The translations under genes and the position numbers were made by a program. Source: Phycisphaerales bacterium (GTDB taxonomy: Bacteria; Planctomycetota; Phycisphaerae; WQYP01). Taken from it: a stretch of DNA of 64,000 nt. The stretch spans positions 32,001 through 96,000 of the forward strand of contig DAIDJN010000063.1 of assembly GCA_027451365.1 (NCBI GenBank). Direction: 5' to 3'. Shown piece by piece: positions 39,317 through 49,584 of the stretch. Positions within the stretch are counted from its first letter, which is position 1; each line of letters begins with the position of its first letter. The notes under the pieces are model-generated. The model ran no database searches. It saw only the letters and a list, made by a program, of their open reading frames with translations, and was not told the origin of the DNA.

Positions 39317-41692
39317 TCAATCGGCCGCTTCCGGCGGCAATGCAATTTCCACCATTAAAGTTTGCCGCGGAAGACAGGTGCCCTGCGTGCACACAGAAGC
39401 CCGCAATGTCAGTTGCGCCTTTTGCGGTCGCATGGTGCAGGCAAGGCCCAAGCGGCACACCAATTCCACTTCTCCAATCAGCCCGGTCGGCGCATCGGGC
39501 CACAGGCCAACCGGCACTGGCGGCGGTGAATCAACGGAAATCAGCCAAACGCCGGACGAAGGTGTGAGCTGCCACGTTAAGCCGAGTGACTCGCCCGCTG
39601 TAAGCTCAATATAGTAATTCGGAGCGATACGCAACCGCAGTGGAACTTCCAGGATAACTTCGCTGTTTGATGATGGAACTTGGCGCACCGAAAATGATTC
39701 ATTGATTTCAAGAATTAAATTGGTCTTCGATTGTTCGCGGACGGAATTACCTGCGTCGAATATGGGTGCCGACAGAGATGTCCCTGATTCATTCTCGCGG
39801 GCGGCGCTGGTCAGCAGGGCTGCAAGAAGTGAGTGATGTCCGGTGGGGTGACGTTGAATGTCGGCGGCGGCCCATTGCGCGTTGCGCATGGCCAACTCTT
39901 GAAAATCGGGACGATTTAATTTTTCAGCAAGTTCCAGCAGGGCGTGAATCGCCAGTGCGTTGGGTGATGGAATCGCGTTGTCCAGAACCGGCTTCAAACG
40001 AACCATCAACGCATCGTGGCGGTGTGAGGTTCCAAAAAAGCCGCCGCAATCGGTATCCAGAAAGTCGCGTATCAATTCATCGGCCAGTTTTGCGGCGCGG
40101 TGCCAGGTGTCTGTGGCCGCCGGATTTTTCCACTGTTCCAGGCTTCTGGCCAGTCGCACCAAACCATCAAGCAGGAACGCGTAATCTTCCAGGTAAGCTG
40201 GACCGGTGGCGGTTCCATTGCGGCTCATGTGAAGCAGTGTTCCCTTGGAATCGCGATGCAGCTGGAAAAGCGCGTCAGCGCAGCGCTGGGCGGCGTGAAG
40301 GTAGTGATCATAATTCAGGGCTGTGCTGGCGGCCGCCAAAGAGGCGATTAACAGTCCGTTCCAGCCCGTGAGAATTTTATCATCCAATGCGGGGGAATTG
40401 CGCTTATTCCGCGCGGCCAGCAGGCGGCCGCGAAGCTGATTTAATCGTGATTGAATGACGGTCGGATCGGCCGTTGAATCAGCTGCAATCTGGCCGGCAT
40501 CGGCCGCCAGATATAACACGTTAACCGATTCCCAGTTGCCAGCGGGCGATATTCCAAAATGGCGAGCCAGCAGGTCGCGGTCCGCGCTTTCGGGAAACAA
40601 ACCGCATAATTCTTCCCAAGGCCAGACATAAAATTTCCCTTCCTCTCCATCGCTGTCGGCATCTAATGCGGAAAAAAATAAGCCCCGCGAATCGGTCATG
40701 GAGTTTAACCAGAAATCCAGCGTGCCGCGCGCGGTTTGTATCCAGAACGGGTCGTGAAATAATTTGCCGGCGCGGGCATAAATGCCGGCGAGCTGGGCAT
40801 TGTCATACAGCATTTTTTCAAAGTGAGGGGCGAGCCATTTTTCATCGGTGCTGTAGCGTGCGAAGCCGCCGGCAAGCTGGTCATAAATGCCGCCGCGGGC
40901 CATCTGTTCCAGGGTAATGGCCAGCATTCGACCAGCGGTTGACTGCAGATGCGCGGGCAGATGGAGACCTGGTGACGGCTTTTTGGATGCGGCAATTTCC
41001 GCCATGGTAAGCCACAGATTCAGGGCATGGTGCGGCGGAAATTTTGGCGCTCCGCGGGACCCGCCAAAGGTGTCATCAAAACCTGCGAGTTCAGCGGCCA
41101 CGGCATCGGCGATGCATTTGCGCAAGTCGATTTCCGATTTTCCGGCGGCTGTGGATGAAACGTGCTGCGCGATGGCGGCAACAATATCGGCGGCCTGTTT
41201 TTCGACATCCGTACGCTTACGGGTAAAGGCATCGGCCAGGGTACCCAGCACGCGGGCGAAGCCGGGCCGGTTATAACGGTCTTCCGGCGGGAAATAGGTT
41301 CCGGCGTAAAACGGTTTGAGATCGGGCGTCAGCCAGACGCTCATGGGCCAGCCGCCTGACCCTGTAAGCAATTGCGTGGCGATCATGTACGTTTCATCAA
41401 TGTCGGGATGTTCTTCGCGATCAACCTTGATGCAGATAAAATGAGAGTTAAGTATTTCGGCGATTTGCGGGTTTTCAAAACTTTCGCGTTCCATCACATG
41501 GCACCAGTGGCAGGCGGAATAACCGATCGAAAGAAAAATGGGACGGTTCAACTCACGGGCCGAGGCGATGGCGTCCGGTGACCAGGGCCACCAATCCACC
41601 GGGTTGTGCGCGTGCTGGCGCAAATATGGGCTGATGCTGTTGGCCAGACGGTTCGCCTGGCGGGCGTTTGTGGACTGGGCGCTATGCGTCAT
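39317..41692 (-). CDS. YyaL/SPATA20-like thioredoxin-domain protein with a C-terminal DsbD-N-like domain
   Basis: SPYLRQHAHNPVDW, GYSACHWCHVMERESF, PHFEKMLYDNA, DDKILTGWNGL; C-terminal VCTQGTCLP. Confidence 0.9.
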   Translation of the reverse strand: MTHSAQSTNARQANRLANSISPYLRQHAHNPVDWWPWSPDAIASARELNRPIFLSIGYSACHWCHVMERESFENPQIAEILNSHFICIKVDREEHPDIDETYMIATQLLTGSGGWPMSVWLTPDLKPFYAGTYFPPEDRYNRPGFARVLGTLADAFTRKRTDVEKQAADIVAAIAQHVSSTAAGKSEIDLRKCIADAVAAELAGFDDTFGGSRGAPKFPPHHALNLWLTMAEIAASKKPSPGLHLPAHLQSTAGRMLAITLEQMARGGIYDQLAGGFARYSTDEKWLAPHFEKMLYDNAQLAGIYARAGKLFHDPFWIQTARGTLDFWLNSMTDSRGLFFSALDADSDGEEGKFYVWPWEELCGLFPESADRDLLARHFGISPAGNWESVNVLYLAADAGQIAADSTADPTVIQSRLNQLRGRLLAARNKRNSPALDDKILTGWNGLLIASLAAASTALNYDHYLHAAQRCADALFQLHRDSKGTLLHMSRNGTATGPAYLEDYAFLLDGLVRLARSLEQWKNPAATDTWHRAAKLADELIRDFLDTDCGGFFGTSHRHDALMVRLKPVLDNAIPSPNALAIHALLELAEKLNRPDFQELAMRNAQWAAADIQRHPTGHHSLLAALLTSAARENESGTSLSAPIFDAGNSVREQSKTNLILEINESFSVRQVPSSNSEVILEVPLRLRIAPNYYIELTAGESLGLTWQLTPSSGVWLISVDSPPPVPVGLWPDAPTGLIGEVELVCRLGLACTMRPQKAQLTLRASVCTQGTCLPRQTLMVEIALPPEAAD

Positions 41693-42429
41693 ACGGTATA
41701 TATCCTGAGGCTTGGATATCTGCCGAGTCCGCTACATAACGGATCGGGCGCTTTGATTCCATTTCAATTCTAACCGTTGCGGGCGGGGATTTCCTGATTT
41801 GCAAATCATGGCGACTGAAAAATTGTCAACTGGCTTGCCGCACTTATTAAGCCAGTTTCTTAAGGCGGCTATTGGGAAGGCGTGACCACGCATCAACCGA
41901 CTTTTTTTGCGGCGCAGTCCTTCCACTCCGCACGAAGTTAACGTGCGATGGTGTGCGGATGGCGGGTGGAGCGGTCCTGTTCGGGAATCGGCAATTCCAC
42001 TGCATTCCAAGGCGTTTTGGCGCAGAGTTCCGGAGCCATTGACTACACGCTTAATTTTTTTGCCGCCCCCCCATCGGATAGGTTGCGATCGCGTTGTTGG
42101 ATACATTGCTGATCGTCCGCCCCATCGCAAACCCGCCGCCATGCCGGATTAAGCCTGTCTTAAAATAAGTCATGAATAACCAGGAGCGGAATAACTTCGC
42201 AAATCTTGAACCAGGCAACAGGCCCAAAACAAATGAGGTGCGGTATAGGCGGCAAAAGTCGCGCGGAATAATCGAAGAGTTGTCGGCCACCAGTGCGGCG
42301 GCGCGAGTTTTGCTTGGAAGCGGCAGTTTCGATTTCGAGCGTAACATCGCTGATTTAATTATAAAAATATGGAAAAAATTTCGCTAACGGCGAAATATAA
42401 AAGTGGCGTGGCTTTTTATCGGTCCACAG

Positions 42430-42457
42430 TTGACATCGTGACGGGTTGGTTTAGTAT
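42430..42457 (+). promoter_or_regulatory. Sigma70-type promoter
   Basis: TTGACA, 16-nt spacer, TAGTAT, upstream of the ORF at 42551. Confidence 0.5.
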
Positions 42458-42550
42458 CAATATAAACGAAATGAGAATTCGCAAGTTGAATTCCAAAAGT
42501 TCCATAAAGGGAGAGCCGCTGTTACGAAGGTCTTGGCGGACTGAATAACG

Positions 42551-43591
42551 ATGAGTGAACGCGAAAAATATGCTGCCGATGAGCTGGCGATTGTGCTAAG
42601 CCATTACGATATTGGGGTGATAAGCGCGGTCAAGGAATTTCCCCGCGGATCGCGTAAGGCGCCGAAACTGCTGATACGTTCGGACCGTGGGGAATTTCTG
42701 CTAAAAAGGCGGGCCAAAGGGAAAGACGATCCGTTTAAGGTGGCGTTTTGTCACGCCCTGCAGTTGTTTCTGGCGGAAAAGCAATTTCCGTTACCCCATC
42801 TGATTGGCACGCGCAAAGAAAATAATTCCATGCTTCAGACGCTGGGGGGCATTTACGAGTTGTTTGAATACATTCGCGGAAACAGCTACGACAATTCACT
42901 GGAAGCCACGCACGATTCAGGACGTATTTTAGCGCTGTATCATAAACTGCTTCGGGACCATACCTCGGAATATGAGCCGCCAACCGGAAGTTACCATAAT
43001 TCGCGGCATATAGGCAGCAGTCTGGATCAGATACCGGCGACATTTTCGCGCGCGCCGCGGATCCCTACGGAAGCCTCGCAGATTGCAGATATTCTGGAAG
43101 TGTTGCGCGCCGCCTATGTCGCGGCCGCGGCACGGGTGAATCGGGCTGGTCTGCAGGATTGGCCATTGCAGGTGGTTCATTGCGACTGGCACCCCGGCAA
43201 CATGCTGTTTCGAAACCAGCGCGTTGTGGCGGTAATCGATTACGATTCAGCGCGGCTGCAACAGCGCATCATTGACCTGGCAAACGGAGTGTTGCAGTTT
43301 TCGATCATTGGCGGAGGGGACGATCCATCCACCTGGCCCGACCATGTGGATGAAGCCCGGTTTGAACGGTTCATCCGCGGGTACGACTCGGTGGATATGA
43401 TCAGCACTGCAGAAATGCAGACGATCCCATGGCTGATGGTGGAGGCGATGGTTGCCGAAAGCGCATTTCACATTGCCGCCACCGGTTCGTTTGGACGAAT
43501 TGAGGGGTTTGGATTTTTGAAAATGATTGATAGAAAAGTCAAATGGGTGACAGAACATGCCGACCGTCTGGTTCGGCTTGTGTCCGGATAA
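42551..43591 (+). CDS. APH / type II homoserine kinase-like phosphotransferase
   Basis: HCDWHPGNMLF and VIDYD motifs. Confidence 0.85.
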   Translation: MSEREKYAADELAIVLSHYDIGVISAVKEFPRGSRKAPKLLIRSDRGEFLLKRRAKGKDDPFKVAFCHALQLFLAEKQFPLPHLIGTRKENNSMLQTLGGIYELFEYIRGNSYDNSLEATHDSGRILALYHKLLRDHTSEYEPPTGSYHNSRHIGSSLDQIPATFSRAPRIPTEASQIADILEVLRAAYVAAAARVNRAGLQDWPLQVVHCDWHPGNMLFRNQRVVAVIDYDSARLQQRIIDLANGVLQFSIIGGGDDPSTWPDHVDEARFERFIRGYDSVDMISTAEMQTIPWLMVEAMVAESAFHIAATGSFGRIEGFGFLKMIDRKVKWVTEHADRLVRLVSG

Positions 43592-43855
43592 GGGAGGCGG
43601 GTTTCCGCCCGCGTGACGGATAATTCGTATTAGCGAATTTCCTGAATTACGCCGCCCTTAGTTCAACTGGCGTTGAAACGGTTATACGATTATTATATAC
43701 ACCTGAGGGAACGGATTGGACGAGTGCTTTTCAATGTCTGCCGGCGCGTTGGACTTTTCTGCTTCTTCGGAACGTCAGGTTTGATATTATTGGGAGTTGG
43801 GACGGGCTAACTTCAGCAGGTGCCAGAGGTTGCCCAGTAATTGCAGGAGTGTGTT

Positions 43856-44185
43856 ATGAATATTCTTGTGCCGCAAATAAATCTTCGCGGAGATTACGTG
43901 CAAATTTGTGAACGCCTCCGTCAGGTGCGCGTGCAGGTATGCGGCCGCCGTGGCCAGTCGCGATTCGCGTTTCTGCTGGGGCTTTCACCATCCACGTATA
44001 ACTATTACGAGAAGAAACGCATTCCGCCTGTGGAAGTGCTGGATTTAGCGGCCAAGGTAACCGGTGCTCCGCTCATGTGGCTGATTCGGGGGGAACCGGA
44101 AACCTTTCAACTTTCCACATTAATTTACATTGTGGGTGAATTGCCGGAAAAACCGACCAAAGATACCGCCTCCGCCGACGACTGA
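43856..44185 (+). CDS. XRE-family helix-turn-helix protein
   Basis: ERLRQVR...QSRFAFLLGLSPSTYNYYE...WLIRGE. Confidence 0.8.
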   Translation: MNILVPQINLRGDYVQICERLRQVRVQVCGRRGQSRFAFLLGLSPSTYNYYEKKRIPPVEVLDLAAKVTGAPLMWLIRGEPETFQLSTLIYIVGELPEKPTKDTASADD

Positions 44186-44387
44186 CTCATGGGCATCCTC
44201 ACCCGCCTGGGGGCATTGGCACACAGGCGGTTGGCAACTCGCGACGGCGTTAAACGCGTTCCAGAAATAGCCGATCACAGAATTCATACTTTTGTTCTTG
44301 CACCGGCGCGAAATGCAATCGTGGGGCCGGTATTTTCAAAACAATTGAAGTTATTTCGTAAGACTTACCGGTACTGCGGCGACTGAT

Positions 44388-46421
44388 ATGATACGCGGTG
44401 GCGTCATGCCGGCGTTGAATGTAAGGAATCTGATGTTGCGTGATCGATACATTCTGGTGGCCCGCTCGCGGGGTGTCTGGTTGGCCGCACGGGCGATCCG
44501 GAGTTGGGCACTCCTCGTTGCGATGGCGTATGTTGCGGTTGGCCTTACCGGCGGCGGACTGGCTAGAGCCGGAGAAATGGCCGTAAAACTAACCGCTGTG
44601 CCGGCGGCCGTGCACGCAGGCGCGAAGTTCCGCCTGAAAGTGCATATAAATGTAAACGCGGGCTTTCATATTCAATCCGCGCATCCGCTGGACAAAGATT
44701 TTATTCCGACCAAGCTTACGCCGGAAGCCAATAGCGACATTCAATTTGGACCGGTGCAATATCCCAAAGCCGTGCTGTTGCCGGCGTCGACGGCTCTTAC
44801 GGCCGCGGGAAAAATATCGGTATATCTTAACGACGTTTCGGTATGGATTCCGGCACGGCTCAAGGCCGACACTCCGACTGGTGATTTGATTCTGAAAGTC
44901 GATTTTCAGGCCCAGGCGTGCAACGATCAGACATGCTTTATGCCGGTGCAAAAAACCTTGACTGTACGGGTGCAGGTGTTGCCGGCTTTGTCCAAAGGGG
45001 GGACCGCACCGTCCGGCGGAGCCGTTGGAAAACAGTCAATCGGTTTGCCGCACCAAATGCCAGCCGCAAATTTGCCTGCAACAGGAGTGGCTTCATCCAG
45101 TCGGCCAGGTGGCCTCCAGCCAGCGCGGTCGGCACCGCGGGAATCCATTCAACAGCAGTTGCAGATCATTCAATCGCGGCCCTACCATGTACCACACGAA
45201 CATTTGCCGTTGTGGGAGTTAATTGTTTCAGCGCTTTTGGGTGGGCTTATTCTGAATGTCATGCCCTGCGTGCTACCAGTCATACCGTTAAAAGTTCTTT
45301 CAATGGTGCAGCAGGCCCATGGCAACCGGAGGCGGGCGGTGGTGCACGCGCTGGCATTTTCCGCGGGGATTATTTCATTGTTTGCCGGACTGGCGACGGC
45401 GATGGGTATTTACCGTTGGCGGACTCATCAACATTTGATGTACGGCATGCAGTACAGCCATCCGGAATTTCTGCTGGTGCTGGGCCTTGTGGTAATGGCG
45501 CTGGCGTTATCCATGCTGGGAGTCTGGACGATTTCAGCGCCGCGGGCCGTGACAAATTTGGAGGTTCCGCAGGGTGGCCTGGCCAGTTCATTTGCCATGG
45601 GACTTTTGGCGACCATTCTGGCCACGCCATGCAGTGCGCCATATCTGGGGCCACTGTTTGCGGTCACCTTGGCGGCACCAACCGGAATCATCGTTCTTTT
45701 TTTTATGTTGATCGGTGTTGGCATGGCGGTGCCTTATGTGATACTGGCGGCGTTTCCGCAATGGCTGAATCGCGTGCCGCGCGCGGGGCGATGGTCTGAA
45801 CTGCTTAAGCAGGCGTTGGGCCTTGTGATGGTGGGTGTGGCGATCTATCTTTTAAGCAGCCTGCCGTCACAACATGCGCTGATTTTAGCACTGGCGCTGA
45901 CCTTGGTGCTTGGAGTGGTGTTGTGGGTGTGGGGGCAGGCGATAAGTTACTCCATGCCAGCGGGCCAGATATGGACCATTCGCGGTGCGGCGCTGGCTTT
46001 TGGATTGGCAGTGGCGACGGGGCTATGGTTATACAACGGAGGCCTGAATCCGCGGGAGCATATTGGAAGTGGCCGTTGGCGACCGTTTACACTTCAGCGG
46101 TTGGATGCCGGGCTGCAAAACCATCGGCCGGTGGTGGTGGATTTTACGGCGTCATGGTGCATCAATTGTCATTACGTCAAGCATTTTGTTCTGGATACCA
46201 TTCCGGTACGGAACAGCTTTCGCAAGGGCGATGTCCTGCTTCTGCGTGCCGATCTGACGGACGAGCCGCCGGTGGAAAAAGCACTGCTTTACAAGCTGGG
46301 CTGGCGATCTATTCCGGTACTGGCGGTATTTTCGCCGGCGCATCCGTATGCACCGAAAATATTGCATGATCTGTATTCTGCGCAGGCGGTAGAGACCGCG
46401 GTAAGCCAGGCGGGCGGCTAG
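44388..46421 (+). CDS. dsbD: Thiol:disulfide interchange protein DsbD; start uncertain
   Basis: ACNDQTCF, LNVMPCVLPVIP, LATPCSAP, DFTASWCINC. Confidence 0.88.
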   Translation: MIRGGVMPALNVRNLMLRDRYILVARSRGVWLAARAIRSWALLVAMAYVAVGLTGGGLARAGEMAVKLTAVPAAVHAGAKFRLKVHINVNAGFHIQSAHPLDKDFIPTKLTPEANSDIQFGPVQYPKAVLLPASTALTAAGKISVYLNDVSVWIPARLKADTPTGDLILKVDFQAQACNDQTCFMPVQKTLTVRVQVLPALSKGGTAPSGGAVGKQSIGLPHQMPAANLPATGVASSSRPGGLQPARSAPRESIQQQLQIIQSRPYHVPHEHLPLWELIVSALLGGLILNVMPCVLPVIPLKVLSMVQQAHGNRRRAVVHALAFSAGIISLFAGLATAMGIYRWRTHQHLMYGMQYSHPEFLLVLGLVVMALALSMLGVWTISAPRAVTNLEVPQGGLASSFAMGLLATILATPCSAPYLGPLFAVTLAAPTGIIVLFFMLIGVGMAVPYVILAAFPQWLNRVPRAGRWSELLKQALGLVMVGVAIYLLSSLPSQHALILALALTLVLGVVLWVWGQAISYSMPAGQIWTIRGAALAFGLAVATGLWLYNGGLNPREHIGSGRWRPFTLQRLDAGLQNHRPVVVDFTASWCINCHYVKHFVLDTIPVRNSFRKGDVLLLRADLTDEPPVEKALLYKLGWRSIPVLAVFSPAHPYAPKILHDLYSAQAVETAVSQAGG

Positions 46422-46486
46422 GTGGCCGGCCTGTTTGCGAACGGAGGGGATTTCGCATGCAGCACGGGTAGCCGAATACCGGGGGC

Positions 46487-47770
46487 TTATTTAGCCAATA
46501 GAATAATGATAATAACAATTGCAAAGGCCAGCAGCCCAAGCAGGCTAAGCACGAGTGGATCGGTAAATTTCTGGCTAAGGGTTCGGGAGGCCATGTCGAT
46601 CGTTTTCTGGTGGTCCAGATCGGTCAAAGATGATTGTTCATCCATCGGTTCGCCTCCGGTGTTTTTATCCAGATTGGCAAGTGAAGTCAGGTCATACGAT
46701 TTTCTGGCCAGCAGCGGCGGCTGGCCAGCGGCGACCGCCTGCAGGTCGGCCAGCATATCTTCCGTGTTGGCGTACCGCTTTTTTGCATCTTTGGCCATGG
46801 CCACTTCAATAATTTCCCCTACGCCGGCGCTAAGGGAAGTGACGATATGGTCGGGCGGAATAAGTTCCTCTTTCAGGTGTTTATGCATGACCGCGGCCGG
46901 CGAAGCCGCTTCAAACGGCACGCGGCCAGTGACCATGTGATAAAATGTGGCACCAAGAGAATAAATATCGGCACGGAAATCAATATTCACTTCGCCGCGG
47001 ATCTGTTCGGGTGAAATATAATAAGGTGTCCCATAGGCCTTGCCGGCTTCCGCCAGAGCGGCGGCCTGGTCGGTGGCATCTCTCGCCAGACCCATATCGG
47101 CAAGTTTGGCGATACCGGCGGGCGTAATCATGATATTCTTTGGCTTTACATCACGGTGTATCAGGCCGTGGTGGTGGGCATGAACCAGGGCTTTGCAGAC
47201 CTGGATGATAATATCGAGCGCCTCTTTTTCGGCATAGGGCTTGCCGCTGTCCACAAGGTGGTCGTAGACGGTTTTTCCTTCCACAAACTCCATGACGAAG
47301 TAGTGGTAACCGCCGGATTCACCTACATCATACGCCCCGACAATATTGGCATGGTTAAGTTTGGCCGCGGCCTTGCCTTCCATGTAAAAGCGATCAACGA
47401 ATTCCTTATTCTCACTCATTTTCCGGGGCAGGACTTTAATGGCGACAAGGCGGTCCAGCGAAAGCTGCCGCGCCTTGAAAACGGTCGCCATGGCACCGGC
47501 ACCCAGTTTGGAAAGTATCTGGTAGCCGGGAATCTGCTGGAAAGATTTCTGGTCATCCAGGTTGCCACGTACACGCGCCAACTGGCCAGGAGTGATATAG
47601 CCATTTTCGACCAGGAGGTCGGCGAGTGAGCGATGGTTGTTCTGGTGTTCAAGTTCGCCTTGGAGCGCCATGCAGTCGTTAAGTTCATCGCTGGTGCACA
47701 ACCCCTGTTCGACAACAACGCGGCCGAGGATCGTGTCCATTTTACTGATTGTGCTGTTGCTGTCTGACAT
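46487..47770 (-). CDS. Hanks-type Ser/Thr protein kinase with a C-terminal TM helix
   Basis: LGAGAMATV, VAIKV, HRDVKPKN, DMGLA, GTPYYISPE. Confidence 0.94.
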   Translation of the reverse strand: MSDSNSTISKMDTILGRVVVEQGLCTSDELNDCMALQGELEHQNNHRSLADLLVENGYITPGQLARVRGNLDDQKSFQQIPGYQILSKLGAGAMATVFKARQLSLDRLVAIKVLPRKMSENKEFVDRFYMEGKAAAKLNHANIVGAYDVGESGGYHYFVMEFVEGKTVYDHLVDSGKPYAEKEALDIIIQVCKALVHAHHHGLIHRDVKPKNIMITPAGIAKLADMGLARDATDQAAALAEAGKAYGTPYYISPEQIRGEVNIDFRADIYSLGATFYHMVTGRVPFEAASPAAVMHKHLKEELIPPDHIVTSLSAGVGEIIEVAMAKDAKKRYANTEDMLADLQAVAAGQPPLLARKSYDLTSLANLDKNTGGEPMDEQSSLTDLDHQKTIDMASRTLSQKFTDPLVLSLLGLLAFAIVIIIILLAK

Positions 47771-48055
47771 AACTCTTTCGCATTCGACCAACCAGGCCCG
47801 ATATTACGGATGGCAATCCAGATTGCTCCGATTTATCAGATAAGAAGTATATCGGCTCCGCAATCTGGAAAAACTGAGTTGCTTAGTTTTAAGGCCAGTC
47901 CATGCTTATTGCAAGGGGGTTTGGGTGATTGCCAGGGGCGGTCCGGCGTGGGAACGGGGAATTCGGCAACCGAATTGCGCGTTATTCGGCACAAGTCGCA
48001 ACGACAGTTGGTCGTGGACTTTACAGCCGGCCTGCGGCGCGGCAAACTGGCGTAC

Positions 48056-49030
48056 ATGAATACCGTGGAATCCGTTGTTGCTTCTGAACCTGTTTCGCCA
48101 AGTCTGGCGGTACGAATTGGCTCCCTGGCACTGGCTAATCCAACCATGACCGCATCGGGCACCTGCGGCTATGCGGACGAGTACGCCGATTTTTCCGATA
48201 TGTCCCGCCTGGGCGCATTTGTTACCAAGTCCATCAGCAAACTGCCGCGGAAAGGCAATGAAAGCTACCGCGTGATTGAAACCCGCGCTGGCATGCTTAA
48301 CGCGATTGGCCTGGCCAATATCGGTCTGGACCGGTTTATTGCCGAGAAAGTCCCCCGCCTGGAAAAAATGGGGGTGCCGGTGATTGTGAATGTTCCGGGC
48401 TGGTGTATTGACGACTACGCGGATGTGGCGGCCAAATTTGACCAGGATGTTCCCGTGGTTACCGGAATAGAACTGAATGTAAGCTGTCCGAATGTGAAAA
48501 ATGGTCTAAGCTTTGGAACCGATCCGGTCCGTCTGGCGGAATTGGTGGCGACGGTGCGCAAGCGGGTTTCCCGCTGCACGCTTATCGTCAAGCTTTCACC
48601 GAATGTGGCGGATGTGGCTGTAACGGCACGGGCCGCGGTGGACGCCGGTGCCGATGCGCTTTCGCTTGTGAATACATTTACCGCGATGGTGGTGGATGTG
48701 GAAAAAGGACGGCCCATGCTGGCCAACGGTACCGGAGGGCTAAGCGGGCCGGCCATTAAGCCGATTGCGGTATTCATGGTCCATCGGGTCTACACGCAGG
48801 TTGCCAAAGCTCACAATATTCCCATCATCGGCATGGGCGGCATACAGACATGGAAAGATGCCGCAGAGTTTCTGCTGGCCGGTGCCACAGGTATTGCGGT
48901 GGGAACCGCGTTATTTGTGGACCCTGCCGCACCGCAGAAAATATGCGACGGTCTGACCGAATATCTTAAGCGAAAGGGCAAAAAGTCGGTCCGGGAAATT
49001 ATCGGATCTCTGGACGCCGGTGCTTCATAG
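48056..49030 (+). CDS. pyrD: Dihydroorotate dehydrogenase (family 1)
   Basis: ASGTCG, MLNAIGLAN, ELNVSCPNV, VKLSPNV, GGLSGPAIKP. Confidence 0.94.
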   Translation: MNTVESVVASEPVSPSLAVRIGSLALANPTMTASGTCGYADEYADFSDMSRLGAFVTKSISKLPRKGNESYRVIETRAGMLNAIGLANIGLDRFIAEKVPRLEKMGVPVIVNVPGWCIDDYADVAAKFDQDVPVVTGIELNVSCPNVKNGLSFGTDPVRLAELVATVRKRVSRCTLIVKLSPNVADVAVTARAAVDAGADALSLVNTFTAMVVDVEKGRPMLANGTGGLSGPAIKPIAVFMVHRVYTQVAKAHNIPIIGMGGIQTWKDAAEFLLAGATGIAVGTALFVDPAAPQKICDGLTEYLKRKGKKSVREIIGSLDAGAS

Positions 49031-49048
49031 GGTCGGCATAAAGGTCGA

Positions 49049-49519
49049 TCAACGGGTCGCGCTGGAGGTGTTATGGGCAGCGGGTGGACCAAGGGGTTCG
49101 ACTCTGTCCCGACGATCCATGGCCAGGTTGGCCAAAGTATCGGGGCGGGCATTGCTTTCGCGGTACACGTGTTCCATTTTCCATTTCGGAATTTCCGCCA
49201 GCAGGCTGTGGGCGCGCGCGTGCAGCGGTTGAAGTGTGGCGTTGCGCACCTTGTAAATTCCCAGGATCTGTCGCACCACCAGTTCACTGTCGGCGCGAAT
49301 GGTCAATTCGCCGGCTCCCAGGGCCTTGGCGGCCTCCACACCCCGAATAAGGGCTTTGTATTCGGCCACATTGTTGGTCGCTGTTCCGATGAATTCGCCC
49401 AGCTCGTACACGTTTTTTCCGTCCGGCGTGCGCAAAGTAAGGCCGACCGCGGCCGGACCGGGATTTCCCCGCGAGCCGCCATCAAATTGCAGCACCAGAT
49501 GCCGCTGCGAAACCGTCAT
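49049..49519 (-). CDS. rnhA: Ribonuclease HI
   Basis: FDGGSRGNPG, TNNVAEY, DSELVVRQ, HVYRESN. Confidence 0.92.
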   Translation of the reverse strand: MTVSQRHLVLQFDGGSRGNPGPAAVGLTLRTPDGKNVYELGEFIGTATNNVAEYKALIRGVEAAKALGAGELTIRADSELVVRQILGIYKVRNATLQPLHARAHSLLAEIPKWKMEHVYRESNARPDTLANLAMDRRDRVEPLGPPAAHNTSSATR

Positions 49520-49584
49520 GACTTCTCCTTGGAAAGTTCAGTTCCGGATGCGTGGATGTCTCCGAATGGAGTTTGACCGCGAAT

